Numbered from the stretch's first letter, positions 1-9,368 are shown. The stretch: 32,000 nucleotides of DNA from Vulcanimicrobiota bacterium (GCA_003134965.1 PLDA01000002.1:1388415-1420414), one strand, 5' to 3'. Notes: a model not told the origin generated them from the letters alone. Made by a program: numbers and translations.

Positions 1-666
1 GCGGTCGGCTATCCGTGCCTGCGCCTCTCGGGCCACTATCTCGCGCTGGCGACGATCGGCTTCGGCATCATCACCCAGCTCGTGCTGATCAACTGGAAGA
101 GCGTCACCAACGGCAGCGACGGGATGGGCAACATCCCCGCGCCGCAGATCGGGTCCTTCGTCTTCGACAGCTACGCCCGGTACTATTACATCGTCCTCGT
201 CGCCGTGTTGGCATGCGCGTACGTGGCGTGGCGAATCAAGACGACGCGGGTCGGCCGCGCGCTCGAAGCGATCCGCGAGAACGAGATCGCCGCGCGTGCG
301 ACCGGGATCGACGCCACGCGGTACAAGATCATCGCCTTCGTACTGGCCGGCGCGTACGCGGGGCTCGCCGGCAGCCTGTTGGCCCACATGACGAAGTTCA
401 TCAGCCCCGACTCGTACTCGTTCGATCAGTCGGTGGTGTTCCTCGTGATGCTCATCGTCGGCGGTTCGGCGTCGATTAGCGGCGCGATTCTGGGCGCGGT
501 GCTGCTGTGGTTCTTGCCCGAGGTCTTACGGCCGCTGAAGACGTCGTACATCATGGTGTACGGCGCTGCCGTCGTCGCGATGATCGTCTTCATGCCCCGC
601 GGTCTGGTCGGTTTGCTCGAAACGCTGCGGTCGCGCTTCGTGCGCCGGCGGCCGGACGCGGCATGA
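1..666 (+). CDS. livM: Branched-chain amino acid (HAAT-family) ABC transporter permease, LivM-like; 5'-truncated by the window edge
   Basis: Frame 1 is open from nt 1, so the track ORF 82..666 starts at an internal GTG. The sequence is hydrophobic and LivM-like (NGSDGM, IAARATGID, FMPRGL). The stop overlaps the next ATG (ATGA at 663-666). Confidence 0.85.
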   Translation, partial: AVGYPCLRLSGHYLALATIGFGIITQLVLINWKSVTNGSDGMGNIPAPQIGSFVFDSYARYYYIVLVAVLACAYVAWRIKTTRVGRALEAIRENEIAARATGIDATRYKIIAFVLAGAYAGLAGSLLAHMTKFISPDSYSFDQSVVFLVMLIVGGSASISGAILGAVLLWFLPEVLRPLKTSYIMVYGAAVVAMIVFMPRGLVGLLETLRSRFVRRRPDAA

Positions 667-1466
667 GCAGCGCCGACGACGTCGCGGCGGCGGCGAGCGG
701 CCTGCTCGAGGTGCGCGGCCTGGTGAAGCGTTTCGGCGGCGTCACGGCCGTGAACGCGCTCAACATGACCGTGCGGGCGGGCGACGTTCACGCGCTCATC
801 GGGCCGAACGGTTCCGGCAAGACGACCACGCTCAACGTGATCTCGGCGCTGTACCGCGCCGACGGCGGCTCGATCCGCTTCGACGGCGGCGAGCTGGCCG
901 GGCTTCCCGCGCACGCGATCGCCCGGCTCGGCGTCGCTCGCACGTTCCAGAACATTCGGTTGTTCGGCGACCTGAGCGTCGTCGAGAACGTGATGATCGG
1001 CCGCCATGTCCGCACGCGCGTCGGCTTCATCGGCGCGTTGCTTCCGGGCGGTGCGACTGCGCGCGAGGAGCGCGAGACGCGCGAGAAGGCGCACGAGCTG
1101 CTGCGCTTCGTCGGGCTCGAGCCCGTCGCCGGTCTCCCAGCCCGCAGCCTGCCGTACGGTGACCAGCGGCGCGTCGAGATCGCGCGCGCGCTGGCGAGCG
1201 AGCCGCGCTTGCTGCTGCTCGACGAACCGGCTGCCGGGATGAACCCGGCCGAGACCGATACGCTGGTCGCGCTGCTGCGCAGCATCCGCGAGCGGGGGAC
1301 CACGCTGCTCCTGATCGAGCACGACATGAACCTCGTGATGTCGGTGAGCGACCGCATCACCGTCCTCAACTTCGGCCAGCACATCGCCGAAGGCCCGCCG
1401 GCCGAGATCGCCCGCAACCCCGACGTCATCACCGCGTACCTCGGGGGGACGCTCGATGCTGCTTGA
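663..1466 (+). CDS. livG: HAAT-family ABC transporter ATP-binding protein, LivG-like
   Basis: Start chosen at ATG 663 inside track ORF 507..1466. Walker A GPNGSGKTT, LivG-type LLEVRGLVKRFGG, signature YGDQRRVEIARAL, Walker B LLLLDEP. Confidence 0.9.
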   Translation: MSSADDVAAAASGLLEVRGLVKRFGGVTAVNALNMTVRAGDVHALIGPNGSGKTTTLNVISALYRADGGSIRFDGGELAGLPAHAIARLGVARTFQNIRLFGDLSVVENVMIGRHVRTRVGFIGALLPGGATAREERETREKAHELLRFVGLEPVAGLPARSLPYGDQRRVEIARALASEPRLLLLDEPAAGMNPAETDTLVALLRSIRERGTTLLLIEHDMNLVMSVSDRITVLNFGQHIAEGPPAEIARNPDVITAYLGGTLDAA

Positions 1467-2190
1467 GATCGAGGGGCTCGTCGCGCGCTACGGCGCGGTT
1501 GAAGCGCTGCACGGCATCTCGCTCGACGTCGCCGAAGGCGAGATCGTCTCGCTGCTCGGCGCGAACGGGGCGGGCAAGAGCACCACGCTCAAGGTGATCT
1601 CGCGCGTAATCGCGCCGGCCGCGGGCGAGGTGCGCTTCGACGGGCGTTCGCTCGACGGGCTCGATCCCGAGGACGTCGTCGCGCTTGGGATCGCGCACGT
1701 CCCCGAAGGCCGCCGCATCTTTCCGGGGCTCACCGTGCTCGACAATCTGCGTCTCGGCGCGACCGCGCGGCGCGCGCGCCGCGTCGAGATCGAGCGCGAC
1801 GTGGACGAAGTTCTGACGATCTTCCCGAAGCTGCGCGGGCTCGCCGCGAAGCTGGGCTGGACGCTCTCCGGCGGCGAGCAGCAAATGCTCGCGATCGCGC
1901 GCGGGCTGATGGCGCGCCCGAAGCTGCTGCTCCTCGACGAGCCCTCGCTGGGGCTCGCGCCGCTGGTGGTCAAGGACGTGATGGAGACGATCGCGCGGAT
2001 CGCGCGTGCCGGAACGACCGTGCTCCTGGTCGAGCAGAACGCTCACCTCGCGCTGCAGATCGCGCGCCGCGCCTACGTTCTGGAGACGGGACGCGTCGCG
2101 CTCAGCGGCGATGCCGGAACGCTCCTCCAGAGCGAAGAGATGCGCGCCGCCTACCTCGGCAGCGCCGTCCGCGTCGCCGCCTCGACGTAG
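1456..2190 (+). CDS. livF: HAAT-family ABC transporter ATP-binding protein, LivF-like
   Basis: Walker A GANGAGKST, signature LSGGEQQMLAIARGL, Walker B LLLLDEPS. Overlaps livG by 11 nt. Confidence 0.9.
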   Translation: MLLEIEGLVARYGAVEALHGISLDVAEGEIVSLLGANGAGKSTTLKVISRVIAPAAGEVRFDGRSLDGLDPEDVVALGIAHVPEGRRIFPGLTVLDNLRLGATARRARRVEIERDVDEVLTIFPKLRGLAAKLGWTLSGGEQQMLAIARGLMARPKLLLLDEPSLGLAPLVVKDVMETIARIARAGTTVLLVEQNAHLALQIARRAYVLETGRVALSGDAGTLLQSEEMRAAYLGSAVRVAAST

Positions 2191-2217
2191 CGCTCGCTTT
2201 CAGAGTAGAATGAACGC

Positions 2218-2421
2218 ATGAAGCGTTATGACGTCTTCCTGAGCGACGGCCACCGGCTCACGACGAACGAGGACGGATACCGCGCGATCCGCGCCGGCTT
2301 CGCCGCGACGCTCGAAGCGCGTTTGGTACGGCTCAACACGGTCCGCGGCGAGCGCGTCGCCCACAACGTCGAGGTCAGCGTCGACCACATCGTCACGATC
2401 AGCGCCGTCGACGAAGCGTAG
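2218..2421 (+). CDS. Small hypothetical protein (67 aa)
   Basis: ATG-initiated ORF 27 nt after the livF stop on the same strand. Third codon positions are strongly G/C, as in the real genes here. No recognisable SD and no recognised domain. Confidence 0.4.
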   Translation: MKRYDVFLSDGHRLTTNEDGYRAIRAGFAATLEARLVRLNTVRGERVAHNVEVSVDHIVTISAVDEA

Positions 2422-2429
2422 GAGTCCGC

Positions 2430-3320
2430 TCAGGCCCTCGCTGCCGCCGGCGCGACGTCGACCGTCGTGACGCGGCGCAGGTCGCGGCGCTGCGTCGCCT
2501 CGTCGAACGCGAGCCCGCGGTGCATCGTGCAGCGGTTGTCCCAGATGACGAAGTCGCCGGCGCGCCAGGTGTGGCGGTACACGAACTGCGGCAGCGTCGC
2601 CAGCGCCGTCAGCTCGCGCAGCAGGATGCGGCCTTCGGGGACCGGCCAACCGATCACGTGCGAGGCGTGCGAGGCGAGATAGACGCTCGTTCGGCCGGAA
2701 CCGGGATGGACGCGCACCAGCGGCTGTTCCGCGCCGGGGAATAGCGCGCGCTCCGCGTCGCTGAAATCGGTGAACCCGATCGTCGAACGCGAGTAGATGA
2801 TCGAATGAAACGCGCGCAGCCCTTCGATCTCCGCCTTCATCGCGGCGGGCAGCGCGTCGTAGGCGGCCCGCATGTCGGCGTACTCGGTCTCACCGCCCAC
2901 GCGCGGAACCTCTTTCGCCGAGAGCATCGAGTACCGCGCGATCGGCTCTTGGAACGAGGAGTCGGTATGCCACAGGCGGTTGCCGAGCGAGTACATCCGG
3001 CGCCGGTCGTCACGGGCGATGATCTGCTGGTGTTCGTCCAGGTTGGAGATGTCGGTCATGCCGGGCTCGGTCAGCCGTGCGGCATGGTCGATCACGCTGC
3101 GCCCGACCTTGGTGACGATCTCGCCGCCGCCGAGCCGCCGCGCGAACGCGACCTGTTCGGCATCGTCGAACGGCTGCTCGCGCACGACGAGCACCGCAAA
3201 CCGATCCATCAGCGCACGCATCTCGTCGATCCCGCCGCCGTCGAGCGCCCGGAGGTCGACGCCGCTCAGCTCGCCGACGAAGAACGGGTGCAGTTGCCTG
3301 AGCTCCGTCGTCCTTGTCAT
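2430..3320 (-). CDS. TauD/TfdA-family Fe(II)/2-oxoglutarate-dependent dioxygenase
   Basis: C-terminal 296 aa of track ORF 2430..3758, starting at MTRTTELRQLHPFF. HxD facial-triad motif LWHTDSSF and distal His in WDNRCTMHRG. The upstream 146 aa of the ORF are Arg/Pro-rich junk. The start was set by residue counting. Confidence 0.8.
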   Translation of the reverse strand: MTRTTELRQLHPFFVGELSGVDLRALDGGGIDEMRALMDRFAVLVVREQPFDDAEQVAFARRLGGGEIVTKVGRSVIDHAARLTEPGMTDISNLDEHQQIIARDDRRRMYSLGNRLWHTDSSFQEPIARYSMLSAKEVPRVGGETEYADMRAAYDALPAAMKAEIEGLRAFHSIIYSRSTIGFTDFSDAERALFPGAEQPLVRVHPGSGRTSVYLASHASHVIGWPVPEGRILLRELTALATLPQFVYRHTWRAGDFVIWDNRCTMHRGLAFDEATQRRDLRRVTTVDVAPAAARA

Positions 3321-3364
3321 CGTGCCTACGACGGGCGGGCGACGGCGCGGGGTTTGCATCGGGG

Positions 3365-4087
3365 TCACGTCCCCGCGGCTGCGACGTCGAGGCCCATGAG
3401 CATGCGGATGCGGTCGCGGTCGGCGGCGAGCTCGGCGGCGGCACCGGAGTGGACGATGCGGCCGCTGTCGAGGACGTAGGCGCGGTCCGCGATCTTCAGC
3501 GCCAGCAGCGCGTTCTGCTCGACGATCAGGATCGCGACCCCGGTATGCTTGAGCTCGCCGAGGATGCGGTAGACATCCTCGACGATGAGCGGTGCGAGCC
3601 CTTGCGAGGGCTCGTCGACCAGCAGCAGGTGCGGGTTCGCCACCAGCGCGCGCCCGATCGCGAGCATCTCCTGCTCGCCACCGGAGAGGCGGCCCGCCTT
3701 GCGCCCGCGCAGTTCGGCGAGCTTGGGCAGGTGCTCGAACACGCGCGGGATCGTCCACGCGCCCCCGCGCCCGTTTTCAGCGAGCTGCAGGTTCTCGAGC
3801 GTGGTCAAGTCCTTGAACATCCGGCGCCCTTCGGGGACGTACCCGACGCCGAGCCGCGCGACCCGGTAGGCCGGCCAGCCGGTGATGTTCTGCCCGGCGT
3901 ATTTCACCGTGCCGGCGAGCGGCGGCGTGAGGCCGAGGATGCTGCGCATCGTCGTCGTCTTGCCGGCACCGTTGAGCCCGAGCAGCGCCACGACCTCGCC
4001 TTCGCCGACCGTCAGCGAGACGTCGCGCAGGATGCGGATCTTGCCGTAGTTGGTGCAGACGCCGTCGAGCGCAAGCAGGTCAGACAT
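3365..4087 (-). CDS. livF: HAAT-family ABC transporter ATP-binding protein, LivF-like (second system)
   Basis: Start MSDLLALDGV at residue 25 of track ORF 3365..4159. Walker A GLNGAGKTT, LSGGEQEMLAIGRAL, LLLVDEPS. 8-nt ATGTCTGA overlap with the upstream ATPase stop. Confidence 0.85.
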   Translation of the reverse strand: MSDLLALDGVCTNYGKIRILRDVSLTVGEGEVVALLGLNGAGKTTTMRSILGLTPPLAGTVKYAGQNITGWPAYRVARLGVGYVPEGRRMFKDLTTLENLQLAENGRGGAWTIPRVFEHLPKLAELRGRKAGRLSGGEQEMLAIGRALVANPHLLLVDEPSQGLAPLIVEDVYRILGELKHTGVAILIVEQNALLALKIADRAYVLDSGRIVHSGAAAELAADRDRIRMLMGLDVAAAGT

Positions 4088-4856
4088 GATCGAGCACACC
4101 TTCGCCGAGGTACGCGCTGCGCACCGCTTCGTTCGCGGCGATCTCCGCCGGCGTCCCATCGGCGAGCAGCTTGCCGCGATCGAGCACGGTGATACGGTCG
4201 GCGAGGCTCAGCACGACGCGCATGTTGTGTTCGACGAACAGCACCGTCAACCCGAGACGTACGCGCAGGTCGCGGATCACGCCGATGATGCGGTCGGTCT
4301 CGGCCTCCGCTAGCCCGGCCATCGGCTCGTCGAGGAGCACCAGGACCGGATCGGTCGACAGGCTCATCGCGATCTCGCACAGCCGCTGCGAACCGTGGGC
4401 CAGCTCCGCCAGCGGCCGGTCGCGCTGCGCGATCAGATTGACGAAGCCGAGCAGCTCGTCGACGCGGCCGTCGACCGCCGCCTTCGCCTCGCCGCGCGGT
4501 GCGCGCAGCCGGAACGCCTGCTTCGCGTGCGCGCTCACGCCGAGCCGCACGTTTTCGTCGACCGTCAGCTCGGGGAAGATGCTGGGCGTCTGGAACGTCC
4601 GCCCCATCCCCATCGCGATCCGCCGCCAGTTGACCAGCCGCGTCACGTCTGTGCCGCGGAACGTCACGCGACCGCGCTCGGGGAACGCGAACCCCGAGAT
4701 CGCGTTGAAGAACGTCGTCTTGCCGGCGCCGTTCGGCCCGATGAGCGCGTGGATCGTCCCTTCGCGAACCTGCAGCGAGACGTCGTCGACGGCCCGCACG
4801 CCTCCGAACGCCTTCGTTATCCCGGTCGCTTCGAGCAGCACGCCGTCAGACGCCAC
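4080..4856 (-). CDS. livG: HAAT-family ABC transporter ATP-binding protein, LivG-like (second system)
   Basis: GTG start. GITKAFGGVRAV, Walker A GPNGAGKTT, Walker B LVLLDEPMAGL, H-loop FVEHNM. Confidence 0.85.
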   Translation of the reverse strand: MASDGVLLEATGITKAFGGVRAVDDVSLQVREGTIHALIGPNGAGKTTFFNAISGFAFPERGRVTFRGTDVTRLVNWRRIAMGMGRTFQTPSIFPELTVDENVRLGVSAHAKQAFRLRAPRGEAKAAVDGRVDELLGFVNLIAQRDRPLAELAHGSQRLCEIAMSLSTDPVLVLLDEPMAGLAEAETDRIIGVIRDLRVRLGLTVLFVEHNMRVVLSLADRITVLDRGKLLADGTPAEIAANEAVRSAYLGEGVLDHV

Positions 4857-5868
4857 GACCGGCCTCCCCCGCCGCGTTCGGGTCGAACGCCGCGTTGGCG
4901 TCGACGTCGTCGTCGCCGAACGCCTGCGGCGCGCGCCCGAGCGCTTGGAGCGTCCCCAGGATCCCGCGCGGAAAGAAGAGGACGCATGCGACGAACAGCG
5001 CGCCGAGGAAGATCTGCCACCACGACGTGATCGTCGAAATGATGTCGTTCCCGATCACGTAGATGAACGCACCGACCAGCGAACCCCACACGGTCCCCGC
5101 GCCGCCGAGGATCATCGAGAGCACGAAGTAGCCGGACTGGTGCCAGTCGAGCTGGAGCGGAAACGCGAAGTTGATGAGCAGCCCGGAGAGTGCGCCGCTC
5201 AGACCGGCCATCGTCGAGGCGATGAGCAGGGCGACAAAGATGAACCGATCGGTGTTGAGCCCGAGGTAGCGAACGCGCGGTTCGTTCTGCCGGATCGCGA
5301 TCAGCGTCCGGCCGAACGGCGAACGCACAATCGTGCGGAACGCGATCACCGCGATCACGAAGAACGCCAGCGCGACATAGTAGAACCCGAAGTCGCTCAC
5401 CGTCGCGTGGGCATTCGCGAGCACGAAGAGCGGCCGCGGAACCTGCATGCCGTCCTCACCCCCGGTCACGTCCGTGTAGCGGTACGCGATGAAGTAGAAG
5501 ACTTGCCCGAACGCGATCGAGAGCAGCCCGAAATAAATCCCGCGCCGGCGCAAGAGGAACGGCGCGAGGATGAGGCCGCCGAGCAGGCCGGCGACCGTGC
5601 CGATGACGATCGCCTCGGCGAAGTGTACCTGGAAGTACTTGACGGAGAGGGCCGCGCCGTACGAGCCCAACCCGAAGTAGGCGGCGTTGCCGAAGGCGGG
5701 CAGCCCGGTGTACCCGAGCAGCAGGTTGACGCTCATCACCGCGATCGCGATCACCAGCACGCCGCTCACGATCGAGACGTCCAGATGCATGAGCGGCGAG
5801 ATCCAGGGGCCGAACGCGAACAGCACGACGACGGCCGCTGAGAGGAGAAGCTCCTTGCGTGCGGTCAC
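4846..5868 (-). CDS. livM: HAAT-family ABC transporter permease, LivM-like (second system)
   Basis: Polytopic hydrophobic protein with the motifs GYTGLPAFGNAAYFGLGSY and IRQNEPRVRYLG. GTG start in a GTGA overlap with the LivH-like stop. Confidence 0.85.
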   Translation of the reverse strand: MTARKELLLSAAVVVLFAFGPWISPLMHLDVSIVSGVLVIAIAVMSVNLLLGYTGLPAFGNAAYFGLGSYGAALSVKYFQVHFAEAIVIGTVAGLLGGLILAPFLLRRRGIYFGLLSIAFGQVFYFIAYRYTDVTGGEDGMQVPRPLFVLANAHATVSDFGFYYVALAFFVIAVIAFRTIVRSPFGRTLIAIRQNEPRVRYLGLNTDRFIFVALLIASTMAGLSGALSGLLINFAFPLQLDWHQSGYFVLSMILGGAGTVWGSLVGAFIYVIGNDIISTITSWWQIFLGALFVACVLFFPRGILGTLQALGRAPQAFGDDDVDANAAFDPNAAGEAGRGV

Positions 5869-6737
5869 CCGAAGATGCCCTCTTCTCCGAAGAGGCCGCG
5901 CGGCCGCACCAGCAAGACGATCGCCATCAGCACGTACATCGAGACTTCGCTCGCAGCCGGGATGAACAGCGTCGTCATCGAGATCGCGATCCCGACCAAC
6001 AGGCCGCCGATGATGCTGCCGAACAGGCTGCCCATCCCGCCGATGATCACGGTGACGAACGCCGGCATGAGCAGGTTGTTACCGCTGGTCGGCGAGAGGC
6101 CCAGCATCCCGCCGGCGAGCACGCCGGCGATCCCCGCCAGAAAGATCCCGAGGCTGAAGTTCACCGCGTACAGGACCTGCGTGTTCGTCCCCAGCGCCGC
6201 GATCATCTCGGTGTCCTGCACGGCGGCACGCAGCCGCAGGCCGAAGCGCGTGCGGGTGAGGAACAGCGCGAGCGCCGCGATCGCGATCAGGAGTACGACG
6301 ACGATGAAGATGCGGAAGGTCGGAAACTGCATGAAACCCAAGCTCGCCGCGCCCGCCAGCGCCGGCGGCGGCGAAAACGGCACGCCGTTCGGTCCCCAGA
6401 TCAGGCGGAAGGCCTCCTCCGCCATCAGCGAGAGTCCGAAGGTCATCAGCAGGCTATAGAACGGCTCGCGCTTGTAGAGCGGACGCACCAGCGTCCGCTC
6501 TACGATGATCCCGACGAGGACCGCGATCAGCGGCGCCAAGATCAGGGCCCAGCCGAACGGGATCTTTCGCAGCACCATCGTGTACGCCAGGTAGCCCGCG
6601 AGCGTCATGAAGCTCCCGTGCGCCATGTTGATGGTGCCGGTGAGGTTCATGATCAGCGAGAGCCCGAGTGCGACGATCGCGTAGAACGCGCCGAGCACCA
6701 GCCCGTTGAAGAGCTGGGGCCCGAGGTGCTCGATCAT
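5865..6737 (-). CDS. livH: HAAT-family ABC transporter permease, LivH-like (second system)
   Basis: N-terminus LFNGLVLGAFYAIVALGLSLIMNLTGTINMAHGSF is typical of LivH. ATG start 6 nt after the binding-protein stop. Confidence 0.85.
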   Translation of the reverse strand: MIEHLGPQLFNGLVLGAFYAIVALGLSLIMNLTGTINMAHGSFMTLAGYLAYTMVLRKIPFGWALILAPLIAVLVGIIVERTLVRPLYKREPFYSLLMTFGLSLMAEEAFRLIWGPNGVPFSPPPALAGAASLGFMQFPTFRIFIVVVLLIAIAALALFLTRTRFGLRLRAAVQDTEMIAALGTNTQVLYAVNFSLGIFLAGIAGVLAGGMLGLSPTSGNNLLMPAFVTVIIGGMGSLFGSIIGGLLVGIAISMTTLFIPAASEVSMYVLMAIVLLVRPRGLFGEEGIFG

Positions 6738-6743
6738 GCGGTG

Positions 6744-8018
6744 TTACGCGCCGGGGTAGCCCAGCTTGCAGACCGCTTCTTTTTGCGCGATCGTCTGCTC
6801 GACGGCTTCCGCCGCGTTGATGTCGGTCACGTCGAACAGGTCGTATTTGTCGCCAGGCGTCCCGTTCGGCCGGATCTTCGCGACCCACATCGGCCACATC
6901 AGCTGGTGATCCTCTTTGCGGTAGTACGCGCTGCCGGCGAAGATCGAGGTGAAACGGACGCCCTCGATGGCTCGCGCGACCTTCACGGGATCGGTGCTCT
7001 TCGCGTCGTTCATCGCGTGCGCCAGGCGGTCCAGCGTGATGTACCCGAAGGCGTTGCGCGCCGTCGGCGGCCGGCCGTAGCGTTTGATCGACTCGGCGAC
7101 GAACTCCTGAGCCACCTTGTTGTTCTTGCCCAGGGTCTTCTCGCTCTTGTAGTACCATTCGATGCCCCAGTAGCCTTCGCGCGCTTCCGGGCCGAGGCCG
7201 AACAGCGGCTCGAGCTCGACTTGCGGTCCGCCGACCGGGTACTTCTTGAGCAGCCCGAACTGGTTCATCTGCTTGAGGCAATTGGTGTAGTCGTCGCCCT
7301 GCACCAGGACGAGCACGAGGTCGGGCTTCGCCGCATCGATCTTGGTGAGGTACGAGCTGAAGTCGGTCGTCCCCAGCGGTGTGAGCTCGTTGCCGACGAT
7401 GCGACCGCCGTTGTGTGCGAGCACGTCCTTGAAGCCCTCTTCGAGAGAGTGGCCGTACGCGTAGTCCGGCGTGATGAGGAACCACTTCTTGCCGAAGCGC
7501 TTCTGCAGCGCGTACCCCGTCGCGTGCGTCTCCATCCACGTGCTGTGACAGGTGCGGAACACGTTCCAGTGACAGCTCTTGCCGGTCACGTCGTCACTGT
7601 GGCCGCCCGAGTCCATGAAGAGCGTGCCGAGCGTGTTCGCGACGCCGGCGACCGAGAGCGAGACGCCGCTCGAGACCGTGCCGCAGAGCGCGGCGACCTT
7701 GTCCTGGTTGACCAGCTTGCGGGCCTTCTGGGCGGCGACGCCGGGGTCGTTCTGCTCGTCTTCCTTCACCAGCTCGATCTTGCGGCCCATGATCCCGCCG
7801 CGCTTGTTCCACGCGTCGGTAGCCATCTCGAAGCCATGGGTCTCGTTCTCGGCCGGACCCGCGTAGACGCCGGTGTACGGTTCGAGCAGACCGATCTTGA
7901 TCGCGTCGGCCGCCTCGCCGACCCGCGGGATGTAGGCCGGGATTCCGAACACCGCGGCGGCACTGCCGGCCCCCGCGATGGTGACGAACTTGCGGCGATT
8001 GAGAACCGGACGGCTCAT
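6744..8018 (-). CDS. ABC transporter substrate-binding protein (LivK/Peripla_BP_6-like) with twin-arginine signal
   Basis: C-terminal 424 aa of track ORF 6744..8948. ATG at 8018 is preceded by AGGAGG (8024-8029, - strand) with 5-nt spacing. Tat-like N-terminus MSRPVLNRRKFVTIAGAGSAAAV. KIGLLEPYTGVYA is typical of type I binding proteins. Confidence 0.85.
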   Translation of the reverse strand: MSRPVLNRRKFVTIAGAGSAAAVFGIPAYIPRVGEAADAIKIGLLEPYTGVYAGPAENETHGFEMATDAWNKRGGIMGRKIELVKEDEQNDPGVAAQKARKLVNQDKVAALCGTVSSGVSLSVAGVANTLGTLFMDSGGHSDDVTGKSCHWNVFRTCHSTWMETHATGYALQKRFGKKWFLITPDYAYGHSLEEGFKDVLAHNGGRIVGNELTPLGTTDFSSYLTKIDAAKPDLVLVLVQGDDYTNCLKQMNQFGLLKKYPVGGPQVELEPLFGLGPEAREGYWGIEWYYKSEKTLGKNNKVAQEFVAESIKRYGRPPTARNAFGYITLDRLAHAMNDAKSTDPVKVARAIEGVRFTSIFAGSAYYRKEDHQLMWPMWVAKIRPNGTPGDKYDLFDVTDINAAEAVEQTIAQKEAVCKLGYPGA

Positions 8019-8168
8019 GGGACCTCCTGAGCAAACGCGCGAGGCGCCCCGCTGAGCTGGGCACCGGTGGAGATTCCCAGTTAAGACTTTCGTCGCAGCG
8101 AGCCCTCTCGTCGGCGAGGAAAAAGATGCGCGTGGGAGAGACGCCGCCCGTCGAGAATCCTTCCGGCC

Positions 8169-9368
8169 ATGTCCACGGTAGTCAATCCTGGCCTCGAAGG
8201 CGTCGTCGTTGGCGAAACGGTCCTGAGCAACGTCGAGGGGGAGGCGGGCCGGCTCACCTATCGCGGCTACGACATCCACGACCTGGCCGAGAACGCCAGC
8301 TTCGAAGAGGTCATGCACCTGCTGCTGTTCGGGCAGCTCCCGACGCACCAGGAGCTGATCGACCTGAACGCGCGCCTCACCGCGCGCCGGGCGCTCCCGT
8401 CCGGGCTCCTCGCGATGCTGCACGCGATCCCGCGCGACGCCTGGCCGATGGACGTGCTGCGCACTGGGGTCTCCGCGGTCTCGCAGTTCATCCCGCACCG
8501 CCCCGACGGTTCGCACGAGACGTCGGTCGAGACGGCGATCGACTTGATCGCGAAGTTCCCGACGATCGTCGCCGCTTGGGACCGCATGCGCCGCGGCCTC
8601 GAACCGATCGCTCCCGATCCGAAGCTGAGCACCGCCGCGAACTTCCTCTTCATGCGCACCGGTGAAATGCCGATCCCGGAGGCCGAGCAGGCCCTCGACA
8701 CCTATCTGGTGCTGCTGGCCGACCACTCGTTCAACGCATCGACGTTTTCGGCGCGCGTTACCGCGTCGACCGGTGCCGACATCTACTGCGCGGTGACGTC
8801 CGCGGTCTCGACGCTTGCCGGCGATTTGCACGGCGGCGCGCCGAGCAAGGTCATGGTGCACCTCGAGGAGATCGGCTTGCCGGAGAAGGCCGAGCCGTAT
8901 GTCCGCGACCTGCTCGCGCGACACGAGAAGATCATGGGGATGGGGCACCGCGAGTACAAGATCCGCGACCCGCGCGCCGCGCAGCTCGAGCAGATGGCGA
9001 AGAACCTGACCGAGAAATCACACACGAAGTGGTACCTGATCGCGCGCGCGCTCGAAGACGCGGCCGACAAGGTGCTGCGCGAGCAGAAGCCCGGCAAGCA
9101 GATCTACGCGAACGTCGAGTTCTACACCGCGCCGACGCTCTCGAGCCTCGGCATCCCGGCCGACGAGTTCACCTGCATGTTCGCCTGTGGGCGCATTGCG
9201 GGTTGGACCGCGCACGTGCTGGAGCAGTTCGCGCACAACCGGCTCATCCGGCCGCAGGCGACGTACACCGGCCCCGCGGTGCACCCGTACGAGCCGATCG
9301 CCACGCGGCGCTCGACCGCCGCGCCCGGCACGAACGGCCACCCTCACCCTTCGACAGGCTCAGGGTGA
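8169..9368 (+). CDS. gltA: Citrate synthase (short, CitZ/2-methylcitrate-synthase-like type) with an unusual C-terminal tail
   Basis: Motifs LHGGAPSKV, MGMGHREYKIRDPRA and NVEFYTA. About 25-30 extra residues follow the conserved RPQATYTGP end. The last residues (HPHPSTGSG) are encoded by a REP-like element. Confidence 0.9.
   Translation: MSTVVNPGLEGVVVGETVLSNVEGEAGRLTYRGYDIHDLAENASFEEVMHLLLFGQLPTHQELIDLNARLTARRALPSGLLAMLHAIPRDAWPMDVLRTGVSAVSQFIPHRPDGSHETSVETAIDLIAKFPTIVAAWDRMRRGLEPIAPDPKLSTAANFLFMRTGEMPIPEAEQALDTYLVLLADHSFNASTFSARVTASTGADIYCAVTSAVSTLAGDLHGGAPSKVMVHLEEIGLPEKAEPYVRDLLARHEKIMGMGHREYKIRDPRAAQLEQMAKNLTEKSHTKWYLIARALEDAADKVLREQKPGKQIYANVEFYTAPTLSSLGIPADEFTCMFACGRIAGWTAHVLEQFAHNRLIRPQATYTGPAVHPYEPIATRRSTAAPGTNGHPHPSTGSG

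Noticed and set aside
3321-3758. 146-aa N-terminal extension of the TauD-like ORF (2430..3758).
   Set aside because: It is Arg/Pro-rich and overlaps the LivF-like gene in another frame. The conserved dioxygenase sequence begins at MTRTTELRQLHPFF.
4171-8030. Two very long + strand ORFs (4171..5841, 556 aa; 5859..8030, 723 aa) opposite the ABC transporter genes.
   Set aside because: Their translations are low-complexity and rich in Arg, Asp, Glu and Pro, with no motifs. The - strand frames encode textbook LivH/M/G and binding-protein sequences. These are typical stop-poor antisense frames of high-GC DNA.
8019-8948. N-terminal 310-aa extension of track ORF 6744..8948 upstream of the binding protein.
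   Set aside because: The extension runs antisense through the citrate synthase gene and has junk composition. A strong AGGAGG plus ATG at 8018 begins a clean Tat signal peptide.
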